Shown here: in pieces, positions 57,382 to 64,000 of the stretch
Position numbering within the stretch: the stretch's first letter is position 1
Layout of the letters: each line of letters opens with the position of its first letter
DNA from: an uncultured Phycisphaerales bacterium
GTDB lineage: Bacteria; Planctomycetota; Phycisphaerae; Phycisphaerales; UBA1924
Direction: 5' to 3'
Assembly: GCA_963972125.1 (NCBI GenBank)
Contig: CAXAUD010000014.1
Coordinates: forward strand, 3,896 to 67,895
Length of the DNA stretch: 64,000 nucleotides
Position numbers and translations under genes: made by a program
Notes under the pieces: model-generated
Told to the model about the DNA's origin: nothing
Database searches by the model: none
The model's input: only the letters and a program-made list of their open reading frames with translations

Positions 57382-57594
57382 ATGACGACCGAACAGCACA
57401 CAAAGACATGGCCCGACCTCGCGATCGGGCTCTACGACCGACTCACAGGCCGAAACGCCGAGATCACCTACCAGTTTCAGGGTATGAACATCGATGTGCC
57501 CAGCGGCACCGGTCCAAACTCCGAGCACGCCAAGTGGGTACTCGACGGCACAATGAAGATCACCACCAACGACAGCGATGATCGCCCAAACTAA
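57382..57594 (+). CDS. hypothetical small protein
   Basis: 70 aa with an AAGGAG RBS 7 nt upstream. I recognised no family. Confidence 0.55.
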   Translation: MTTEQHTKTWPDLAIGLYDRLTGRNAEITYQFQGMNIDVPSGTGPNSEHAKWVLDGTMKITTNDSDDRPN

Positions 57595-57823
57595 TCACGG
57601 CCGGGCGACTCGAGGGCACCCTCGATGCTCGGCCTTGGACTTGCATTGCCAAAGACGGACAAATCGAGATTGAGTTCACGAGCCTCTTCAGCGTCATCCG
57701 ACGCCGCAGGTCGCTCGATCATCTCAGATCTCACCTTTCACGGATACCCGGGTTTGAGGGAACCCGGATCCGTGTAAAGGCCGGATTCCTCCCTTGGCGC
57801 ACAATCTCCATCGCCTAAAGCGC

Positions 57824-57851
57824 ACGCACCACACGATGGTGCGTGTTTTTT
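57824..57851 (+). terminator. intrinsic terminator
   Basis: ACGCACCA cacga TGGTGCGT followed by GTTTTTT. It lies about 230 nt after the stop of the 70-aa ORF. Confidence 0.75.
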
Positions 57852-58061
57852 CAGGTACCCGCCAATCACCCCGCCGCGCAATTTCAGCCGCCCCATAACC
57901 CCTTTTCTCAAGGTCCGCGCAGGTTATACCGATCTCTACCCGTGCGATCTGCGCCAATCCGAGGTACCATGGGCCCCGTGTCCAAGGATGGACGGAGAAA
58001 CGCACCGATCGTCGTCGGCGGATGCCGAGCAGCTCGACGATCGCCTAGGGCTGAATAATCG

Positions 58062-58505
58062 ATGGACCGAATCAACAGCACCAATCCCGCTTCATACCCA
58101 ATCAATAAGGCCATCAGTGCCTACGCAAACGCCCCGCGCGTCAACCGACCCGCGGGCGCGCCATACTCCACCCAGGCATCCGGCGTCCGCCGAACCGCAC
58201 CAAGCGAACTGACACCCTCGGTCACCACGGCGAGCCCCGCCCAGCGGACAAACCCCGCGGACACCGTGGGCAAGATCGCACCCTCGCCAATGACACAAAA
58301 GGCAGGTTCGATCAACAAGCTGGTTGGGGCCAAGGTCAACCCGATCGACCTCTCCAATGATGTCACGCAAGTCCAGGGTCCCAAGCCCACCGTGACCAGC
58401 GCCGGCACCTACACGATGTATCCCCAAGCCGCCGACCGTGTCCAGGCTGCGACGAATCATGCCGCCAACTTGAATACCGGGCGCTCGCTCGATATACGCG
58501 GCTAA
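58062..58505 (+). CDS. hypothetical Pro/Thr/Ala-rich protein
   Basis: 147-aa ORF of low-complexity composition with no clear RBS. Coding status is uncertain. Confidence 0.35.
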   Translation: MDRINSTNPASYPINKAISAYANAPRVNRPAGAPYSTQASGVRRTAPSELTPSVTTASPAQRTNPADTVGKIAPSPMTQKAGSINKLVGAKVNPIDLSNDVTQVQGPKPTVTSAGTYTMYPQAADRVQAATNHAANLNTGRSLDIRG

Positions 58506-58649
58506 TACACCCTGAAAACAGTCTCAACACAGGTTAAGTCCCCCATTCCAAGCCGTTTATGGGCGTAAACCTCAGGTTAAGGAATATCTTACGGATCGGT
58601 TGGGTATATACTGGTGCTGCAGGTCCGCAACTCCAAGGAAACCGTTCCG

Positions 58650-59234
58650 ATGCCCAGGCCCAAGTCATTCGATCCAGAAACCGTGCTCACCAAAGCGATG
58701 GTGGTGTTCTGGGAAAAAGGATTCGATGCCGCAAGCATCTCCGACCTCACCGCCGCAATGGGAATCAACCGTTTCTCCCTCTACGACACCTTCGGCGACA
58801 AGCACGCACTCTACATCAGAGCCCTTGAGTCCTACGAGACCTCTATCCTCGAACCCATCCTCGCAGAGATCTACGCCTTCCAATCGATCGAGGATATGAA
58901 GGCCCACAGCCTGAACAAGATCGACTATCACCGGGAACACGCCGACCAGCCCTGCTGCATGATCCACAAAGCCGCGATTTCGATGGCCGCCAAGGATCAG
59001 GAAACCCTCGATCGCGTCAACTGCATCCGAAAACGCGTCAACGAAGCGTTTATCGAGGTCTTCGAGCGCCTGATCGAGAAGGGTGAGATCCGCAAGGGCA
59101 TCACCGCATCTCAGGCAGCATGGCTCGTGATGTTTGCCCACGAGGGCATGATGTCGCATCTCGGAGCGGCCTATCCGCCCGATCAGGCAAAAAAAGAGGC
59201 GATTACAGCCCTCTACGACTCGATCAGCACCTGA
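58650..59234 (+). CDS. TetR/AcrR family transcriptional regulator
   Basis: From the ATG at 58650 (AAGGAA RBS). The N-terminal HTH is KAMVVFWEKGFDAASISDLTAAMGINRFSLYDTFGDKHALY. Confidence 0.88.
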   Translation: MPRPKSFDPETVLTKAMVVFWEKGFDAASISDLTAAMGINRFSLYDTFGDKHALYIRALESYETSILEPILAEIYAFQSIEDMKAHSLNKIDYHREHADQPCCMIHKAAISMAAKDQETLDRVNCIRKRVNEAFIEVFERLIEKGEIRKGITASQAAWLVMFAHEGMMSHLGAAYPPDQAKKEAITALYDSIST

Positions 59235-59414
59235 TCGAGCCAGCCCGCCACGCCCCCTCAAAACCCCACTAACGCTCCAAAAACACGGCAAAGTCGTGTT
59301 TTCTGACTTTTCGGTTGGAAATTCCCAACCATTCCGGAACAATCGGTTTGTAAGCATCGTTCAAACGGTACACCCCCGAGGGGGAGACACCCAAGCGACG
59401 AAAGGACCACCCCG

Positions 59415-59993
59415 ATGGACCACGGCTTCACACTCACGGACACAGACACCTCCAACGCGACACAGGAAAAGATCTTCGAGCGAGCGACCAAGCAGTTCGG
59501 ATTCGTTCCCAACATCGTCAACGCCTTCTCCCAGTCCCCGGTCCTCGCCAATGCGATGCTCGACCTCTACGCACGCATGGGCGAAACCTCCTTCGACCCA
59601 GTCGAGAGCCACATCGTCCTCCAAACCATCAATGTCCACAACCGCTGCACATACTGCGTCCCGGCGCACTCCACCGTCGCCCGAAGCCAGGGCGTCAGCG
59701 CTGAGATCGACGACTCCCTCCGCCAGAACGAGTCGCTGGAGAACCCGAAGCACGAGGCGCTCCGCGTCTTCGCCTCGCAGATGGTCATCGAGCGTGGGCA
59801 TGTCTCCGAAGATCAGATCGACGCGTTTCTCGACGCCGGCTACACCCGCAAGCACATCCTCGACATCGTCTACCTGAACACCGTCAAGACCCTCACAAAC
59901 TACGGCAACCACATCGCGGGCACCGACCTCGACGACGCTTTCAAGCCACTCGAGTGGGCCCCGGATGAGGCGAAGATCCCCGCCCTCGCCTGA
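59415..59993 (+). CDS. carboxymuconolactone decarboxylase / AhpD-like family protein
   Basis: 192 aa containing NRCTYCVPAHS, the CxxC-x2-H motif of AhpD-like CMD proteins. Confidence 0.8.
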   Translation: MDHGFTLTDTDTSNATQEKIFERATKQFGFVPNIVNAFSQSPVLANAMLDLYARMGETSFDPVESHIVLQTINVHNRCTYCVPAHSTVARSQGVSAEIDDSLRQNESLENPKHEALRVFASQMVIERGHVSEDQIDAFLDAGYTRKHILDIVYLNTVKTLTNYGNHIAGTDLDDAFKPLEWAPDEAKIPALA

Positions 59994-60050
59994 CGCAATC
60001 AGATCGCGCCCCCGGATACTGGGCGCATCACGAAACATCCGTTTCCTCTC

Positions 60051-60081
60051 GAACCGCCCGGGTGCGTTGCCCGGGCGGTTC
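60051..60081 (+). terminator. 12-bp perfect hairpin between the CMD and DinB genes (weak terminator or attenuator)
   Basis: GAACCGCCCGGG tgcgttg CCCGGGCGGTTC followed by aTTTCT. The U-tract is poor. Confidence 0.4.
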
Positions 60082-60097
60082 ATTTCTATCATCCCCC

Positions 60098-60646
60098 ATG
60101 AACACACCAGACCCCCGCGCCGCCGTCCTCGCCAATGCGCTCGAAACTACCCTCCCACTTTTCACACGATTCCTCAACGGGTTCAACAACGAGAACCGCA
60201 CCCACCAGTCGCCGGGTATACCCAACCACGCCGCATGGACACTCGGGCATCTCGCGCTCTACCACCACCGCGCAACAGATCGCCTGCTCGGGCATGACGA
60301 CCCGCAACCACTCCCCGCAGACGACTTCATCGAAGGCAGCGGACGCTCAGGCACACCCGACCGGATCGACTCCGAGTCCGTCTGCTACGGCTCAGTCCCC
60401 GTCGACGACCCCTCGATCTATCCCACATTCGACCGCCTGCTCGACATCCACCAACGCGCATGGTCACGACTCATCGAAACAACACGCAGCGCCGACAGCG
60501 CCATGCTCGATCGCAAGGTCCCCTGGGGCAACGCCCCGTTCCCGGCCGATGCGCTCGTCGTGCGCATGATGATGCACATGGGCACCCACGCGGGCCAGAT
60601 CACCGACCTCCGCCGCGGGCTCGGTATGCCCAACGCGATCAGCTGA
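60098..60646 (+). CDS. DinB family protein
   Basis: From the ATG at 60098. It has His-triad-type motifs (HAAWTLGHLALYHH, HMGTHAGQI) and a four-helix-bundle-like composition. Confidence 0.75.
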   Translation: MNTPDPRAAVLANALETTLPLFTRFLNGFNNENRTHQSPGIPNHAAWTLGHLALYHHRATDRLLGHDDPQPLPADDFIEGSGRSGTPDRIDSESVCYGSVPVDDPSIYPTFDRLLDIHQRAWSRLIETTRSADSAMLDRKVPWGNAPFPADALVVRMMMHMGTHAGQITDLRRGLGMPNAIS

Positions 60647-60652
60647 CCCCGA

Positions 60653-61765
60653 TCAGTTCTCGGCAATGTTCGTACGGATCCATGCCTCGATGATCGCCAG
60701 CGCTTCGGGCGCGAAGGTCTCCTCGATCGTCGCGTACTCCGGGAGCATGCCCGACTCCGCATGCTGGAAAAGATGGTTGAGCCCCGCGAGTTCCACGATC
60801 GTGTACCGCGTGTGCCCCGCACCATCGAGCGCCTCACGGATCCCGCCCAGATTCAGCTCTGCGGAGACCTGAAAATCCTTCCCCCCGTTCATCGCAAGGA
60901 TCGGTGCGACGCATCGCGCCCAGTCGTCGCTCGGGTTGTACTGGACGAACGAACGCACCCATGTCCCGGCGAAGCCGCCGTACATGCCTTCCGAGGTCTT
61001 CCGCAACGCGTCATTAACCTCCTCGATCCCATACTCAAACATATTGAGCTCGACGATCAGATCCACGATCTCTTCGCGCGACCGATCCTCCCGCACCGCG
61101 TCGAAAATCGAGCGGCGGATCTCAATCGACCCCTCGATATACGCCTCGTCCATGCCCCCGGCCTCGTACATCGCGATCGTCTGATCAACCAGCACCTCCC
61201 CGCCGTCCACGCCCATGCCCGCCAGCGAGATCAGGAACGCGACCGACTCGTCCCGCGCACCGATGTACGCGACATGCCCGCCACCCTCGGAGTGCCCCAT
61301 CACACCAACACGCTCCGGGTCGATCCCCTCGAAGCTTTGCATAAACATGACCGCGGAATGCCCATCATGGGCCAGATCCTGCGTGGTCATCCCCTCAATC
61401 GAGCCCGTCGAATCACCCACCACCCGATCGTCGTAGCGCAGCACCGCGATGCCCCGCCGGGTCAGATAATCCGCGATCACCATGAACGGCTTGTGCTTAA
61501 AGACCGTCGAGTCCCGGTCCTGCATCCCCGAGCCCGACATCAGCACCACCCCCGGGTGCGGCCCATCCCCGAACGCGTCCGGATCGGGCATCGTGATCGT
61601 CGCCCCCAGCGTGTGCGTCTGCTCGCCCGTCTCCCGGTCGAGCACCGGCACCGCCACCTCGACCGATTCGTACGGGAACGGCCCCACCGGCGTCTGCGGC
61701 CGGTTCGCCTGCCCCCACGCCAAACCCGAGACCACCATCAACACCACAACCACAAGCGTGCGCAT
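60653..61765 (-). CDS. alpha/beta hydrolase
   Basis: 370 aa with a signal peptide (MRTLVVVVLMVVSGLAWG), the nucleophile elbow GVMGHSEGG and C-terminal NHLFQH. Confidence 0.8.
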   Translation of the reverse strand: MRTLVVVVLMVVSGLAWGQANRPQTPVGPFPYESVEVAVPVLDRETGEQTHTLGATITMPDPDAFGDGPHPGVVLMSGSGMQDRDSTVFKHKPFMVIADYLTRRGIAVLRYDDRVVGDSTGSIEGMTTQDLAHDGHSAVMFMQSFEGIDPERVGVMGHSEGGGHVAYIGARDESVAFLISLAGMGVDGGEVLVDQTIAMYEAGGMDEAYIEGSIEIRRSIFDAVREDRSREEIVDLIVELNMFEYGIEEVNDALRKTSEGMYGGFAGTWVRSFVQYNPSDDWARCVAPILAMNGGKDFQVSAELNLGGIREALDGAGHTRYTIVELAGLNHLFQHAESGMLPEYATIEETFAPEALAIIEAWIRTNIAEN

Positions 61766-61838
61766 AAGAAAACCTCCCAGAGTGTGCCCGAGTGTACCAC
61801 GAGCGCCCGGGAGGTGGTTCGTAAATCAGGAGCCGGGA

Positions 61839-64000
61839 TTACGGGCAGCCGGCGTTGTAGGCATCGAGGAAGGCGTTGACATCGATGAAGTCGATCGTGC
61901 CGTTGTTGTTAAAGTCGGCCGCCGGGTCCTGAGCAAGGAAGAGTTGAAGGTAGACGGATACATCGAAAAAACTGAGGACGTCGTCGCCGTTAAGGTCAGC
62001 AGGGCATGACGAGCTGCATTTGTTGATGAAGGTGCTGATGTTGTCGCTGCTCCCATTCGCTACGACTAAGTCCAAGCTTCCATCGCCGTCAAGATCGCCG
62101 AGCGAGACGCAAGACGGATTGTCGCCCGCCGCGAGGCGGATCTGGGACGCGAATATGCCCTCGCCATTATTAAACAGCACGCTCACATCGTTGCTATTGA
62201 AGTTAGCCACGGCCATGTCAAGGTCGCCGTCGCCATCAATATCAGCCAGAGTAACACTCAGCGGCCGATTGCCCACGCCGTAGCGAGTCTGGGAGCCAAA
62301 GGTAGCGTCGCTGTTGTTGAGCAGCACGCTCGTGTCATCACTGAGCCCATTGGCGACGGCCATGTCCAGGTCGCCGTCGCCGTCGAGGTCGCCAAGCGAA
62401 ACATTCAATGGTCCATCGCCCGCGTCGTAACGGATCTGGGAGTCGAATGTGCCGTCCCCGCTGTTCAGCAGCACGCTCGTATCGTGGCTGAACCGATTGG
62501 CCACGACCATGTCCGAGTCGCCGTCGCCGTCAAGGTCGCCAAGTGAAACGCTAAATGGTCCACTACCCGCTGTATAGCGGGCCTGGGGGGCGAAGATTCC
62601 GTCGCCATTATTGAGCAGCACGCTCGTGTCGTCACTGTACCGATTGGCGACGGCCATGTCCAGGTCGCCGTCGTCGTCGAGGTCGCCGAGCGAAACGCTC
62701 CATGGCCCATTGCCTGTGGCGAAGCGGGCTTGGGAGTCGAAGGTTGCACCACCGGTGTTAAGCAGCACACTCAAATCGTTGCTGGCGAAGTTTGCCACGG
62801 CCATGTCCAAGTCGCCGTCGCTGTCGAGATCGCCAAGCGAAACGCTCTCGGGCACGTCGCCCACCGCGAATCGGGGCTGGGCAGCGAAGGTGCCATCACC
62901 GTAATTCACCAGCAAGCTCATGTCGTCGCTACCCCCATTTGCCACGGCCATGTCTAGGTCGCCATCGCCGTCGAGATCGCCAAGCGAAACGCTCTCGGGC
63001 CTGTCGCCGGCGGCGAAGCGGATCTGGGTTGCGAATGTGCCGTCGCCGTTGTTGAGCAGCACGCTCGTGTCGTCGCTGTACCGGTTGGTGACGGCCATGT
63101 CCAGGTGGCCATCGCCGTCAATGTCGCCAAGCGAAACGCTCTGCGGTGCAAGACCCGCGCCATAGCGAGTCTGGGTGGCAAAGGTGCCATCACCGTTATT
63201 TTGCAGCATACTCGTGTCTTCGCTGAACTCATTCGCCACGGCCATGTCCAGATCGCCGTCGCCGTCAATATCGCCAAGCGAAACGCTCACCGGCCCATCA
63301 CCCGCGTCGTAGCGGGTTTGGGTGGCAAAGGTGCCATCGCCGTCATTCAGCAGCACGCTTGTGTTCTCGCTGAACTCATTGGCCACGGCCATATCCAGGT
63401 CGCCGTCGCCATCGAGGTCGCCAAGCGAAACGCTCCGCGGCCCAGTACCCGCATCGTAGCGGGTCTGGGTGGCAAAGGTGCCATCACCGTCATTCAGCAG
63501 CACGCTCGTGTCGTCGCTGAACTCATTGGCCACGGCCATGTCCAGGTCGCCGTCACCGTCGAGGTCGCCAAGCGAAATGCTCCGCGGCCCGTTGCCCGAC
63601 CCATAGCAGGTCTCGGACGCAAAGGTACCGTCGCCGTTGTTGAGCAGCACGCTCGTGTCGTCGCCCATCCAGTTGGCCACGGCCATGTCCAGATCGCCGT
63701 CGCCATCGAGATCGCCCAACGAAAGACTCAGCGGCTGGTCGCCCGTGGCGTAGCGTCTCTGGAGCGCGAAGGTGCCCTCACCGCTACTGAGCATCACGCT
63801 CGTGTCGTCGCTGAATGCGTTCACCACGACAATGTCCAGGTCGCCGTCGCCATCGAGATCGCCCAGCGATACACTCGATGGCCCATCGCCCGCTGCGTAG
63901 CGAGTGTGGGCGGCGAAGGTACCGTCGCCGTTGTTGAGCAGCACACTCGTGTCGTCGCTGAATGCGTTCGCCACGACCAAGTCCAGGTCGCCGTCGCCGT
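61839..64000 (-). CDS. FG-GAP/VCBS repeat protein with C-terminal dockerin-like module ending GCP (5' end outside window)
   Basis: At least 14 near-identical 49-aa repeats (SVSLGDLDGDGDLDMAVAN.FSDDTSVLLN.GDGTFA.Q.RY.AG.GP.). The repeat frame stays open to the window edge, so the listed Met at 63980 is not the true start. The C-terminus is ADLNGDDVLSFFDVSVYL...DFNNNGTIDFIDVNAFLDAYNAGCP. Confidence 0.85.
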   Translation of the reverse strand, partial: GDGDLDLVVANAFSDDTSVLLNNGDGTFAAHTRYAAGDGPSSVSLGDLDGDGDLDIVVVNAFSDDTSVMLSSGEGTFALQRRYATGDQPLSLSLGDLDGDGDLDMAVANWMGDDTSVLLNNGDGTFASETCYGSGNGPRSISLGDLDGDGDLDMAVANEFSDDTSVLLNDGDGTFATQTRYDAGTGPRSVSLGDLDGDGDLDMAVANEFSENTSVLLNDGDGTFATQTRYDAGDGPVSVSLGDIDGDGDLDMAVANEFSEDTSMLQNNGDGTFATQTRYGAGLAPQSVSLGDIDGDGHLDMAVTNRYSDDTSVLLNNGDGTFATQIRFAAGDRPESVSLGDLDGDGDLDMAVANGGSDDMSLLVNYGDGTFAAQPRFAVGDVPESVSLGDLDSDGDLDMAVANFASNDLSVLLNTGGATFDSQARFATGNGPWSVSLGDLDDDGDLDMAVANRYSDDTSVLLNNGDGIFAPQARYTAGSGPFSVSLGDLDGDGDSDMVVANRFSHDTSVLLNSGDGTFDSQIRYDAGDGPLNVSLGDLDGDGDLDMAVANGLSDDTSVLLNNSDATFGSQTRYGVGNRPLSVTLADIDGDGDLDMAVANFNSNDVSVLFNNGEGIFASQIRLAAGDNPSCVSLGDLDGDGSLDLVVANGSSDNISTFINKCSSSCPADLNGDDVLSFFDVSVYLQLFLAQDPAADFNNNGTIDFIDVNAFLDAYNAGCP
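62040..64000 (-). repeat. 147-nt coding tandem repeat array (FG-GAP units)
   Basis: The marker gcc(a/g)ag(c/t)gaa recurs at 62391, 62538, 62685, 62832 and 62979, which is exactly 147-nt spacing. Adjacent units are highly similar at the DNA level. Confidence 0.9.

Noticed and set aside
57582-57810. Open frame reading ...GRLEGTLDARPWTCIAKDGQIEIEFTSLFSVIRRRR... just after the 70-aa ORF.
   Set aside because: It has no ATG, GTG or TTG start and no RBS, and its third-position GC is not decisive. I treat it as possible gene decay or chance and report it only within the structured-region finding.
58062-58505. Possible anti-sigma-28 factor FlgM, suggested by the N-terminal MDRINSTNP... resembling FlgM starts.
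   Set aside because: The C-terminal sigma-28-binding helices are not recognisable and no flagellar genes are nearby. It is kept only as a low-confidence hypothetical ORF.
62040-64000. Regular 147-nt periodicity that could superficially suggest a CRISPR-like or satellite array.
   Set aside because: The whole tract is one open reading frame of FG-GAP units. There are no short conserved repeats alternating with unique spacers, and no cas genes.
1-64000. Search for tRNA, rRNA, tmRNA, RNase P RNA and CRISPR arrays in the intergenic regions.
   Set aside because: No cloverleaf-compatible stretches, rRNA-like conserved blocks or short direct-repeat arrays were seen by eye. A tRNAscan-SE or Infernal run would be needed to exclude small RNAs definitively.

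Overview
This is a 64 kb, gene-dense, high-GC bacterial chromosomal segment with coding on both strands. Gene content suggests a Planctomycetota-like (Phycisphaerae-like) or related PVC organism. That is an inference from PEP-CTERM proteins, FG-GAP proteins ending in a dockerin-like ...GCP tail, a membrane-fused spermidine-synthase-like protein and a TPR plus RpoA-alpha-CTD protein; I ran no search. Recognisable housekeeping genes are rnc, rpmH, a lone nuoB, rluB, gspD-gspE, aroC, pdxA, pheA, dut, rpsA, trxA, folP, ftsK and bioY. Others include a bfd-like ferredoxin, a MATE exporter, a Gfo/Idh/MocA oxidoreductase and a stress/detox cluster (OsmC, STAS-like, TetR, AhpD-like CMD, DinB, alpha/beta hydrolase). 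I saw no rRNA, tRNA, CRISPR array, transposase or integrase. Many long ORFs in the six-frame track are antisense shadows of real genes, as expected at this GC content. The most interesting accessory content is: (1) four tandem paralogous small PEP-CTERM proteins, two of which share a promoter and purine-rich 5' leader and show a highly-expressed codon style; (2) five membrane proteins sharing a CxxC...CPECG zinc ribbon, including a translationally coupled tandem pair whose 3' ends carry a 53-nt identical DNA block despite otherwise diverged sequences, next to an A/T-richer lipoprotein gene; (3) a YqcI/YcgG - YqcI/YcgG - DUF1989 operon; (4) an A/T-richer NucS-like PD-(D/E)xK nuclease gene; (5) a bactofilin plus zinc-ribbon-bactofilin pair; (6) FtsK with a roughly 190-aa polyacidic tail after the gamma domain; (7) two large FG-GAP repeat proteins, one built from near-identical 147-nt tandem repeats. 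All functional calls rest on motif recognition by eye. GC statements are visual estimates, not computed values.
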